This document shows, one piece after another, positions 1 to 9,047 of a DNA stretch of 29,968 nucleotides. The notes under the pieces were generated by a model that was given only the letters and a program-made list of their open reading frames with translations, did no database searches and was not told where the DNA came from. Source of the stretch: Calditrichia bacterium (lineage in GTDB: Bacteria > Calditrichota > Calditrichia > RBG-13-44-9); contig JARRQT010000005.1 in assembly GCA_037381445.1 (NCBI GenBank), forward strand, positions 1 through 29,968. Direction: 5' to 3'. Each line of letters opens with the position of its first letter. Within the stretch, counting starts at the first letter, position 1. Both the position numbers and the translations under genes were made by a program.

Positions 1-537
1 TCCGTCAGCAAAATGAGCAAAAACGAGTATGCTGATATCCGGAACCAGAAGATTGGTTTTGTCTTCCAGGGATTTAACCTCCTGGCCCGGACTTCCGCGC
101 TGGAGAATGTGGAACTTCCGCTGTTTTATGATCGCACCGGGCGAATCCGGAATCCGCAGCAGGCCGCCATGGATGCTTTGGAACGGGTTGGATTGGGTGA
201 CCGGATGGACCATGAGCCCAATCAGCTTTCCGGGGGACAGCAGCAGCGGGTAGCAATTGCCCGGGCGCTGGTGAATCAGCCGGCCATCATCCTGGCGGAT
301 GAGCCCACCGGCAATCTGGATACCCACACCTCTATCGACGTCATGTCGGTATTCCAGGAACTGAATAACCAGGGGATCACCATTGTTTTGGTCACTCATG
401 AGCGGGACATTGCCCAGTATGCCAAACGGGTGGTAGAAATGCGGGACGGCCATATCCGAAAGGATTTTATGGTGGAAAATCGCCGGAATGCCGCCGAAGA
501 CCTGGAAAATTATATTTCCGAGGATGAGGATGAATAG
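1..537 (+). CDS. ABC transporter ATP-binding subunit, MacB/LolD-like (5'-truncated by window edge)
   Basis: [11 protein letters not shown] (Q-loop), [15 protein letters not shown] signature, [11 protein letters not shown]alker B/D-loop, VTHE H-loop. Frame is open from base 1 and Walker A lies upstream of the window. Close paralog of 5640-6389. Confidence 0.95.
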   Translation, partial: SVSKMSKNEYADIRNQKIGFVFQGFNLLARTSALENVELPLFYDRTGRIRNPQQAAMDALERVGLGDRMDHEPNQLSGGQQQRVAIARALVNQPAIILADEPTGNLDTHTSIDVMSVFQELNNQGITIVLVTHERDIAQYAKRVVEMRDGHIRKDFMVENRRNAAEDLENYISEDEDE

Positions 538-601
538 AAGGGCATGGAGCCTGGAGCAATGGGCAGAGTGCATAGGCCAAGACTCAATCCAAGTTATTTT
601 T

Positions 602-658
602 GACGGGATTAACCGGATAAACATGATATAATAATGCGTAGCTAATTCCTGTAAATCA
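602..658. repeat. Left nonamer-repeat unit flanking the GxxExxY gene
   Basis: GACGGGATT/AACCGGATA/AACATGATA (602-628), followed by inverted unit TCCTGTAAATCA (647-658). Confidence 0.75.
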
Positions 659-691
659 AAAAATTATCATAATCTAAATGAGGTTAATATC

Positions 692-1087
692 ATGAAATTT
701 GAGGAGTTGAGTGGAAAAATAATTGGCTGCGCATATCGAGTCTATAATAAGATGGGATTTGGCTTTCTGGAGTCCGTATATGAAAAATGTTTATTAATTG
801 AGTTAAAGAAGGCCGGATTACAGGCCATCGGACAAAATCCGCTCACAGTATATTATGATGGTGAAGTTGTGGGTGAATTTGTCGCCGATATAATCGTTGA
901 GAATGCGATTATTTTGGAATTAAAATCTGTTCGCCGGGTCGTTAAGGCGCATGAGGTTCAATTAGTGAACTACTTGACAGCGACGGGCAAGGATATCGGT
1001 CTTTTAATAAATTTTGGTGAAACGAAAGTAGAAGTTAAAAGAAAGGTCAGAGAATTATCAGACGAGAACCAAGTAAGGGGCATATGA
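692..1087 (+). CDS. GxxExxY protein (PD-(D/E)xK nuclease superfamily)
   Basis: GFLESVY = GxxExxY motif; ADIIVE...LELKS nuclease-type core; QLVNYL and GLLINFG motifs; GAGG RBS; visibly AT-richer than flanking genes. Confidence 0.95.
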   Translation: MKFEELSGKIIGCAYRVYNKMGFGFLESVYEKCLLIELKKAGLQAIGQNPLTVYYDGEVVGEFVADIIVENAIILELKSVRRVVKAHEVQLVNYLTATGKDIGLLINFGETKVEVKRKVRELSDENQVRGI

Positions 1088-1129
1088 TTTACAGGATATA
1101 TTTTATCCGGTTCATCCTGTGATCCTGTC
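1081..1129. repeat. Right nonamer-repeat palindrome flanking the GxxExxY gene
   Basis: CATATGATT/TACAGGATA (1081-1098), then inverted TATCCGGTT/CATCCTGT/GATCCTGTC (1104-1129). Confidence 0.8.
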
Positions 1130-1199
1130 TGATCTTTCAAAAAAATGATGCAATATACAATGAGGTGCTCCACCTCAGCCTTTTGCAGGGGAGAACACA

Positions 1200-2420
1200 A
1201 TGCTACAAATAAAAAATCTGTTTAAAGCGGCGTTTAAGAGTCTGATGAAAAACAGAAGCCGCAGCCTGTTGACGTCACTGGGCATCATTATCGGCGTCAG
1301 CGCGGTAATCGTAATGGTGGCCATCGGGGAGGGCTCCCAGACTGTAATCGAAGAGGGAATCAATTCCCTGGGGACTAATTTGATTATCGTATTCCCCGGC
1401 TTCAGCCAGTCCGGCGGCGTGAACCGGGGCGCGGGCAGTTTTAACCGTTTTACCTTCGACGATGTGGAAAAGCTGCGTAAGGAAACCACCCTGATCAGCG
1501 CCATTTCACCCGTGGTGCGAAGCGGCGGGCAGGTAATTGGCGGAACCGGGAATTGGTTCACCACCGTATACGGCGTCTCACCGGACTATTTTCAGATTCG
1601 TAATTGGGAAATTGAATACGGTGAGTTTTTCACCGAACGGGACGAACGGGCCAACAAAAAAGTGGCCATCCTCGGCAAAACCGTAGCAGACCAGCTATTT
1701 CCGGATGAAGATCCCACCGGGCAGCAAATCCGCATCCGGAACGTGCCATTTACCATTGTCGGCGTCCTGAAGGGCAAAGGACAGAGCGGCATGGGGAATG
1801 ATCAGGATGACGTGATCCTGGCGCCTTCCACCACCGTTTTATACCGCCTGAAGGGGCATCGCTGGGTGGACATGATCAATGCCAGCGCAGTGTCTACCGC
1901 GCAAATGCCGGCGGCAGAGGACCAGATCCGCGCCATCCTGCGGGAGGCCCACCGGCTGGAGCCGGGAGAGGATGACGATTTCAACATCCGCGACCAGGCG
2001 GAAATCACCGACATGGCTTCGGAAACCTCGCGGGTGATGACCCTGCTGCTGGGCTCCATTGCAGCCGTGTCACTTATTGTCGGCGGTATCGGAATCATGA
2101 ACATCATGCTGGTTTCGGTGACGGAGCGGACCCGGGAAATCGGCATTCGCCTCTCCGTGGGCGCCCGCAGCAGCGACGTGCTGTCCCAGTTTCTCACCGA
2201 AGCCATCGTGCTGAGCCTGTCGGGCGGTCTGATCGGGATCGGGCTTTCTTTCCTCATCACTTTCGGCCTGAACCAGTTCACCAGCCTGACGGCCATCATC
2301 AATCCGCAGATCATCATCATCTCCTTCCTGTTTTCAGGAGCGGTGGGGGTATTTTTCGGATTCTACCCGGCCCGCAAGGCGGCGGCGCTGAATCCCATTG
2401 ATGCGCTGCGGTATGAGTAG
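1200..2420 (+). CDS. ABC transporter permease, MacB/FtsX family
   Basis: RSLLTSLGIIIGVSAVIVMVAIG, a large periplasmic domain, GGIGIMNIMLVSVTERTREIGIR, PARKAAALNPIDALRYE; GGAG RBS. Confidence 0.96.
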   Translation: MLQIKNLFKAAFKSLMKNRSRSLLTSLGIIIGVSAVIVMVAIGEGSQTVIEEGINSLGTNLIIVFPGFSQSGGVNRGAGSFNRFTFDDVEKLRKETTLISAISPVVRSGGQVIGGTGNWFTTVYGVSPDYFQIRNWEIEYGEFFTERDERANKKVAILGKTVADQLFPDEDPTGQQIRIRNVPFTIVGVLKGKGQSGMGNDQDDVILAPSTTVLYRLKGHRWVDMINASAVSTAQMPAAEDQIRAILREAHRLEPGEDDDFNIRDQAEITDMASETSRVMTLLLGSIAAVSLIVGGIGIMNIMLVSVTERTREIGIRLSVGARSSDVLSQFLTEAIVLSLSGGLIGIGLSFLITFGLNQFTSLTAIINPQIIIISFLFSGAVGVFFGFYPARKAAALNPIDALRYE

Positions 2421-2435
2421 CAAGAGGTTCTCTTC

Positions 2436-2493
2436 GACATGATTGACAGGATTTGCAGGATTATTTCATTCTGTTGATCCTGTTAATTATGTC
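2436..2493. repeat. Gene-less nonamer palindrome (REP-like hairpin)
   Basis: GACATGATT GACAGGATT TGCAGGATT-ATTT-CATTCTGTT GATCCTGTT AATTATGTC: three direct plus three inverted 9-mers of the same family as the GxxExxY flanks. Confidence 0.85.
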
Positions 2494-2875
2494 AAGGGGG
2501 ATTATTTCAATAATCGAATAGTCTGATTTGATTTTTGCTTAGCAGCATAGCGAGATAAAAGACACCCCTCAAAGACGGCAGTTTACTTGGAATGCCTCGA
2601 AAATCTCCATCACTCTCCCTATCCATTTTTTCATTCCATTAAAGACAGCAGAGTCAATCCTTAAATCCTGCACATTTTTCTCAAAAACAAATGTTTTAGG
2701 CAAAAATTTCATTCTTTCTTCATAATCAAATATGAAACTATTCTGCAACATGGGATAAGTGCAATTTTTCTTTTTAACAAATTTAGGATTTGATGGATGA
2801 TTTCCCCTGAATAGAATGGAGGATTTGATTTCGATGTGCCCTTCAGTATTTTTTTCTGCCCGGAAAAAGGAATTT

Positions 2876-4240
2876 ATGACAAATGTCATTTGCACCGCTT
2901 TTTTACTGGTCTTTATCCTTGTGCCACAGATACTGCCCGCCCAGCCTCCCGGGACCCTCAACATCCGCGAAACCATCCGGATGGCCCTGCGGCAGAACCT
3001 GACCCTCAAGCAAACCGGTAACGCGGTTACAACCAGCCAGATCAATGTCCGGGAGGCCCGTTCCACTTTTTTGCCCTACATTTCTCTGTCGGCTACCGGC
3101 TCAAAAGAATACATAACAAAACAGCGGAGCCTGATCCCAGGCCAATATTATAATCCGGGAGGAGAGGCGGTTTCGGCAACAGTCTCCGCCAACCTGAATC
3201 TGTTCAGCGGATTCGGAAATATCGGCAGCCTGCAGCAGGCCAATCGCAGCTTTGCGGCGCAGCAGGCCACCTATTCATTCGACGCGCAATCGCTCATGTA
3301 TCAGGTCATCTCCCAATATCTGCAGGTGGTTCAGAACCTTGATTTAATCAACATCGCGAAGGAAAACCTGAAGGCCCAGCAGCAGCAGCTTGTGCAGATA
3401 CAGGAATTCCGGAAGAGGGGAAACCGGACGGTTGCCGATGTGCTTCAGCAGGAAGCCACCGTCAAGCAATCCCAACTGCAGGTGCTGACCGCCACGCAGA
3501 CCTACCAGTCAAGCCGCTATACCCTTCTGCAGAGCCTAGGTGAAGCACCGTCATCCGATTACCAATTCGAACCGCTGCAGATTGAGCGGATCAGTTCGCT
3601 TCTGGATACCCGGGATGTGCAAGTGCAGATGGATTCGGTTTTGCACACACGGCAGGACATACGGTCGCAGGAACTGCAGACGGATGCGGCGCACTATCAG
3701 ATCCGGGTGGCGCAGGCCGGCTTCTGGCCCACCGTCTCGCTGTTCGCGAATGGCAGCACTAATTACAACAGTACTGAGAAATTTGCCAGTTTCTCCGATC
3801 AGTTCAGATATAACAGGGTTGGTTCCATCGGACTATCGCTCTCACTTCCCATATTCGACCAGTTGACCACCTTGCACAACGTGGAGCGCGCTAAAATCCA
3901 GTTATCCGATCAACAGTTGATTCTGCAGAATCTAAAATTGAACGCTAAAGTAGCCTTCACACAGGCAATGCTGGATTACCGTTCTGCCGTGGAACAGCTT
4001 GAGGTGGCCCGTTCGCAATACCAGTATGCGCAGGAGGCCTTGAAGGTTGTGCAGGCCCAGTATAAGGCCGGCGTCACAACATTTGTCCAGTTGATGCTGT
4101 CGCAGGCGCAGGCGCTGAGTTCCCAGTATGACCTGGTAAACGCGCAATATAATAAGTTGATTAAATTTTTTGAGGTCCGCTTTCAGCGGGGCGACATTGA
4201 AGAGGCAATTTCCTTTCTGGATTATCCCGCTCAGCAATAA
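2876..4240 (+). CDS. TolC-family outer membrane efflux protein
   Basis: Signal peptide from ATG 2876 (AAGGA RBS); two OEP repeats (FLPYISLSA...NLNLFSG; FWPTVSLFA...LSLPIFD); YKAGVTT; directly upstream of the adaptor gene. Confidence 0.92.
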   Translation: MTNVICTAFLLVFILVPQILPAQPPGTLNIRETIRMALRQNLTLKQTGNAVTTSQINVREARSTFLPYISLSATGSKEYITKQRSLIPGQYYNPGGEAVSATVSANLNLFSGFGNIGSLQQANRSFAAQQATYSFDAQSLMYQVISQYLQVVQNLDLINIAKENLKAQQQQLVQIQEFRKRGNRTVADVLQQEATVKQSQLQVLTATQTYQSSRYTLLQSLGEAPSSDYQFEPLQIERISSLLDTRDVQVQMDSVLHTRQDIRSQELQTDAAHYQIRVAQAGFWPTVSLFANGSTNYNSTEKFASFSDQFRYNRVGSIGLSLSLPIFDQLTTLHNVERAKIQLSDQQLILQNLKLNAKVAFTQAMLDYRSAVEQLEVARSQYQYAQEALKVVQAQYKAGVTTFVQLMLSQAQALSSQYDLVNAQYNKLIKFFEVRFQRGDIEEAISFLDYPAQQ

Positions 4241-4280
4241 AACAATTTTAACAGGCAATGAATACGAAAAAGAGAAAAAA

Positions 4281-5552
4281 ATGGGTAAGAAAATTATTTT
4301 CGGCATCATCGGGGCTATTATCATTCTGATTATCGTGGTAGTAGCAGTGCGAAGCACGCATCACGGAGAGAAAAACCAGTTTCTGTTCGGGCAGGTGACC
4401 CGGGGAGATATCATCAATACTGTTTCCAGCACCGGCTCCACCAGCGCGGTCACCAATGTTGAAGTTGGGACGCAGGTATCGGGCACCATCGTCAAAATTT
4501 ACGCGGATTTTAACGATATTGTCAGACCCGGCGAAGTGCTGGCAGTGCTGGACACCATCCCGCTAAAAGCGGCGGTGCTGGATGCCAAGGCCGGTGTTGC
4601 GCAGGCTGAGGCTCAATTGCAGCAGGCCCAGTCTAATTATGACCGTAATCTGCCGCTGTATAAAAGCAACCTGATTTCCGAATCCGATTTTCTTCCCATT
4701 CAAACCAGCCTGAATGTCCAGCTGGCAGCGCTGAACTCCGCCCAGGCGGCTTTGACCCGGGCTCAGCAGAACCTCGACTACGCCTACATCCGATCCCCGA
4801 TCCACGGCACCGTGATCCAGCGCAATGTCGATGTGGGCCAGACGGTGGCCGCCAGTTTTGCCACCCCTACCCTGTTTATCATCGCCGAAGACCTGACCAA
4901 AATGGAAATTCTGGCGCAGGTTGACGAGAGCGACATCGGGCAGATCAAGGTGGGACAGACGGCTGATTTTACGGTGGCCGCATTTCCCGACAGCAATTTT
5001 GAGGGAAAGGTGGAAGAAATCCGTCTGCAACCGACCGTGGTGCAGAATGTGGTCAATTACACGGTGGTGGTCAGCGCCAGCAATAAAAACAAAGTGCTCC
5101 TCCCGGGAATGACAGCCACTTTAGATTTCATCATTGCCAGGCGGGATAATGTCCTGCGGGTCCCCAACGCCGCATTGAGTTACCAGCCCGGTCCGGAATT
5201 ACTGAAAGAATATCAGAAAAGCCTGTCGCTTGAAATGGAATCCATGCCCGACACTTCCCGCACCTATTTGAAAGAGTTACTGCAGAATCTGAAGGCTTCA
5301 GGAAATTACCAGAGTATGATGCCCGGTATGGAACTGCTTCCGCCCGGTATTGGCAGTGTCTGGTATCTGAACGAGCGCAACCGGCTTTCCGTCGCCTTTT
5401 TCAAGACCGGAATATCGGACGGGATCAATACGGCCGTTCTGTCAGGCCGCACGCTCAACCCCGGCATGCAGGTAATCACCGGAATAAATCTCACCGGCCA
5501 GCCCATTCAGCCAGGCAATCAGAACAGGGCGCGGAGGTTCAGGATGTTTTAA
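4281..5552 (+). CDS. MacA-like periplasmic adaptor (membrane fusion protein)
   Basis: N-terminal TM anchor MGKKIIFGIIG; VGTQVSGTIVKIYADFN; IRSPIHGTV; GQTVAASFATPTLF; VDESDIG; LLPGMTA. Confidence 0.95.
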   Translation: MGKKIIFGIIGAIIILIIVVVAVRSTHHGEKNQFLFGQVTRGDIINTVSSTGSTSAVTNVEVGTQVSGTIVKIYADFNDIVRPGEVLAVLDTIPLKAAVLDAKAGVAQAEAQLQQAQSNYDRNLPLYKSNLISESDFLPIQTSLNVQLAALNSAQAALTRAQQNLDYAYIRSPIHGTVIQRNVDVGQTVAASFATPTLFIIAEDLTKMEILAQVDESDIGQIKVGQTADFTVAAFPDSNFEGKVEEIRLQPTVVQNVVNYTVVVSASNKNKVLLPGMTATLDFIIARRDNVLRVPNAALSYQPGPELLKEYQKSLSLEMESMPDTSRTYLKELLQNLKASGNYQSMMPGMELLPPGIGSVWYLNERNRLSVAFFKTGISDGINTAVLSGRTLNPGMQVITGINLTGQPIQPGNQNRARRFRMF

Positions 5553-5639
5553 GGTATCAAGGGCGAATATGATTTCGACGTCATCTGAAAGGCCAATCTA
5601 ATTTTCCGGAATATGTATTTTTAATGGAATTGAAATGAT

Positions 5640-6389
5640 ATGAAAAAGATTATCGAAACCAGGCAGCTTACCAAAACTTATCAGATGGGTGATATTGCAG
5701 TGCACGCCCTGAAAGGGATTGATCTGGTGGTGGAAGAGGGCGAATTTGTGGCTATCATGGGCGCGTCCGGTTCCGGCAAATCCACCTTTATGAACCTGCT
5801 GGGCTGCCTGGATCAGCCGACAAGCGGAGAATATTATCTGGATGGCAAACTGGTCAGTTCATTGCCCCAAAATGAATACGCCGATATCCGAAGCGAGAAG
5901 ATTGGTTTTGTATTTCAAGGTTTTAACCTGTTGCCGAGGACCAACGCGCTTGAGAATGTGGAGCTGCCCCTGCTATATGACCGCGGCAGACGGATCACGA
6001 ATCCCCGGCAGGCAGCGATTGATGCGCTGGCCCAGGTGGGTCTCGCCGAACGCATGGATCATGAACCGCACCAGTTGTCCGGCGGTCAGCAGCAGCGGGT
6101 GGCTATCGCCCGTGCGTTGATCAATCAACCGGCTATTGTGCTGGCTGATGAACCCACCGGCAACCTGGACACCCACACTTCTATTGACATTTTATCGGTC
6201 TTCCAGGAATTGAACCGACAGGGAATCACCATCATTCTGGTAACCCATGAGAGAGACATTGCCCGCTACGCTAAAAGAATTGTCGAAATGCGGGATGGGC
6301 ATCTCCGCCGGGATATCAGGGTTGAAGAGGTCCGGGATGCTAAAGCAGACCTCGCGAATTTCAGCGAAGAGGAAGAAGACGAATTGTGA
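5640..6389 (+). CDS. ABC transporter ATP-binding subunit, MacB/LolD-like
   Basis: Walker [40 protein letters not shown]. Confidence 0.97.
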   Translation: MKKIIETRQLTKTYQMGDIAVHALKGIDLVVEEGEFVAIMGASGSGKSTFMNLLGCLDQPTSGEYYLDGKLVSSLPQNEYADIRSEKIGFVFQGFNLLPRTNALENVELPLLYDRGRRITNPRQAAIDALAQVGLAERMDHEPHQLSGGQQQRVAIARALINQPAIVLADEPTGNLDTHTSIDILSVFQELNRQGITIILVTHERDIARYAKRIVEMRDGHLRRDIRVEEVRDAKADLANFSEEEEDEL

Positions 6390-6509
6390 TGAGCAATCCG
6401 GTATGGAGGGGCAGCCGATTATATTCATAGGTTCTGAAGTCCCCCTGGAGGCAGGTCACAACCGGTTTACCGGAAATCGATTCCTATAAATAATATAAGG
6501 ACGGAAGAA

Positions 6510-7730
6510 ATGTTTCAGTTAACCAACATGCTCAAGACTGCTTTACGAAGTCTTCTCAAAAACCGCATGCGCAGTCTGCTGACCTCCCTGGGAATCATCA
6601 TTGGCGTATCGGCGGTTATCGTGATGGTGGCGATCGGCGACGGGGCGCAGGCGCGCATAGAAAGCCAGATTGCCTCGCTCGGCTCAGATCTGCTCATCAT
6701 CTTTCCCAGTTCCAGCACCTACGGCGGGGTCAGTCGCGGCGCGGGAACCTCCAACGAGTTCACCCTGGAGGATGCCAATAAATTGCGAAAAATGACAACC
6801 CTGCTCAAGGCAGTATCGCCCATTGTGAGGGTAACCGCCCAGGTAATCGGCAATGGCAGAAACTGGAATACTTCCGTTGAAGGCGTCTCCACCCAGTACC
6901 TGACAATCCGTGCCTGGGGCCTTCAATATGGTTCATTTTTTACCCACCAGGATGTTCTAGCCAGAAAGAAGGTCGCAGTGCTCGGACAAACGGTCGTCAA
7001 TGAATTATTCCCGGGAATGAACCCGATCGGCCAACGAATCAGGATCAACAATACGCCTTTTCTGGTCATCGGTGTGCTCACGCCCAAGGGACAAAGCGCC
7101 ATCGGTCAGGACCAGGACGATGTGGTTCTGGCGCCATCCACAACCGTGCTATATCATTTAAAAGGCGGTGAATATATCAATTTCATTATGGCCAGCGCCA
7201 TTTCGCAGGCGCAGATGTATACCGCGCAGCAGCAGATACAGACAGTGATGCGGGAAGTGGAACACCTGCATCCCGGGCAGCCAGACAATTTTACCATCCG
7301 TAACCAGGAGGATATTATCAAAACGGTTACCTCAACCACTGAAATCCTGACCATCCTGCTGGGCTCCATCGCAGCGGTATCCCTGATTGTGGGCGGCATT
7401 GGCATCATGAACATCATGCTGGTTTCGGTGACCGAACGGACGCGGGAAATCGGCGTCCGCTTGTCAGTGGGTGCCCGCAGCAGCGATATTCTGACTCAGT
7501 TCCTGGCGGAGGGGATTGTCCTCAGCCTCATCGGCGGACTGATCGGTATTATCATTTCCATTATCATCTCTTTTCTTATCAGCCTTCTGACGCCCCTGGA
7601 GACCATTATCGCTCCCGGTGTTGTGCTTCTGGCCTTCACCTTTTCCGGCGCTGTGGGGGTATTTTTCGGATATTACCCGGCACGTAAGGCAGCCAGGCTT
7701 AATCCGATAGATGCGCTAAGGTACGAGTAG
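6510..7730 (+). CDS. ABC transporter permease, MacB/FtsX family (paralog 2)
   Basis: Same motifs and same 406-aa length as 1200-2420. Confidence 0.96.
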   Translation: MFQLTNMLKTALRSLLKNRMRSLLTSLGIIIGVSAVIVMVAIGDGAQARIESQIASLGSDLLIIFPSSSTYGGVSRGAGTSNEFTLEDANKLRKMTTLLKAVSPIVRVTAQVIGNGRNWNTSVEGVSTQYLTIRAWGLQYGSFFTHQDVLARKKVAVLGQTVVNELFPGMNPIGQRIRINNTPFLVIGVLTPKGQSAIGQDQDDVVLAPSTTVLYHLKGGEYINFIMASAISQAQMYTAQQQIQTVMREVEHLHPGQPDNFTIRNQEDIIKTVTSTTEILTILLGSIAAVSLIVGGIGIMNIMLVSVTERTREIGVRLSVGARSSDILTQFLAEGIVLSLIGGLIGIIISIIISFLISLLTPLETIIAPGVVLLAFTFSGAVGVFFGYYPARKAARLNPIDALRYE

Positions 7731-7746
7731 CGGAAAGTCTTCCTTT

Positions 7747-7773
7747 GACATGATTCACAGGATTAACCTGAAT
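7747..7773. repeat. Half copy of the nonamer repeat
   Basis: GACATGATT CACAGGATT AACCTGAAT, starting 17 nt after the permease-2 stop (the copy after permease 1 starts 16 nt after its stop). Confidence 0.7.
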
Positions 7774-7839
7774 CCGGAACAGATGCCCGAAGACTGCAGC
7801 GCTCGTCTCTGGGAATTTATACACACCTGGCATCTGAAA

Positions 7840-8583
7840 CTACATCCTCTCTTTCACCTCGTTCCAAGAACTGGTGATCAAAAAGCTTTCATCCATGTCC
7901 GCAATCATTTCCCGGAATTTTTTCATGGGAATGGTAAAAGTCAGGGTGTTCGCAGGAACGCAGGGACGGGCAGACACATCAAACATCCCCAGAATGCACT
8001 TTGGATTTTCCTTTTTGGATTCATCATAGGCGTAATTGATAATGGACGCACATCCGGAGCCCATGGGAGCGATCACGCCGTGGGCCTCAGCCACAGCATA
8101 ATTGGCAAGGGTGAACAATCCGGAAAGCACATCTGCCGTGGCAAAGAAAATGACTGCCAGCGGTTCCTCATCCTCTTCCATAATATCCAGCCGCTTGAAT
8201 ACCAGATATTTCGCCGGGGCGGTAAACGGCGGATGAATCTTCAGATATTCCTTCACCAGTTCGGGGCTCTTTTTAAAACGCTCCCCCTCCATCTTGCCCG
8301 GAATCCCGCAGGATAAAAAATATTCAAAATTGTTCCGCAGCCGCGGTGAATATCCGGTGTAGCGCTTTCCACCCAGACAGCCGGGATTTTTGGCGCTGTA
8401 TACGAAAGAATATCCTTGCCGTACCCGATTCATGTTACAAATCAGACAACGATGTTCATCTTTCGAATTCTCTAAATCATTTTCCCGGACCTGATCAGTA
8501 TAATAGTATCCCACCGGCAGCTCAGCATTCGGGAAATACTCTTTCCAGCGCTCCAGGAAATCTTCCATGAATTGTTTTTCCAA
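7840..8583 (-). CDS. DUF169-family protein
   Basis: Conserved-looking Cys motifs HRCLI, GCLGG, FLSCG..G..EGERFKKSPE, GSGCAS, LGMFDVSARP; TTG start with GGAGG RBS 8 nt upstream. Confidence 0.8.
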   Translation of the reverse strand: MEKQFMEDFLERWKEYFPNAELPVGYYYTDQVRENDLENSKDEHRCLICNMNRVRQGYSFVYSAKNPGCLGGKRYTGYSPRLRNNFEYFLSCGIPGKMEGERFKKSPELVKEYLKIHPPFTAPAKYLVFKRLDIMEEDEEPLAVIFFATADVLSGLFTLANYAVAEAHGVIAPMGSGCASIINYAYDESKKENPKCILGMFDVSARPCVPANTLTFTIPMKKFREMIADMDESFLITSSWNEVKERM

Positions 8584-9047
8584 CGATTATTCCTCCCCTG
8601 CAAGTTGTTATTTTTCAGCTTAAACTTCCTGATTTTCGGCCGGTTTCTGACAAATAAAATTTTTGGCTATTCAATGAAGAATTTGCTATTTCCGCTGCCC
8701 AATTACGCCGCGTCATTCCCAGTTTTTTTCACACAAGATAAAAACAGACATCCCCGGACAGAAAATTATTTTTTGTGATTCCGCGCCAAATGAAAATTTA
8801 TTTCAGCCGGCGGAGATATTTCTATCCGTATAGGCCTAACTTCCGCAATAATATGTAATTGGGGGAATCATACGATAATGATTAATAAAATTCGCCTATC
8901 GATTCTACATTTTTAAGCTTACAAAAAAATTTTATTCTTGATCTGTATCACTGAATTAACTTATTCTTAATTGTTTATTGGAAAGTAATTTTATATTATC
9001 ATCTACTTATTTAACTGTTTCTTAGTTTTAATCAAGGAGGACTTGAC

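Noticed and set aside
2436..2493. Nonamer arrays as CRISPR repeats
   Set aside because: Units are 9 bp with no unique spacers, and no cas genes are present.
7750..8316. 188-aa plus-strand ORF
   Set aside because: Antisense shadow of the DUF169 gene; it starts inside the nonamer repeat and has no recognisable motif.
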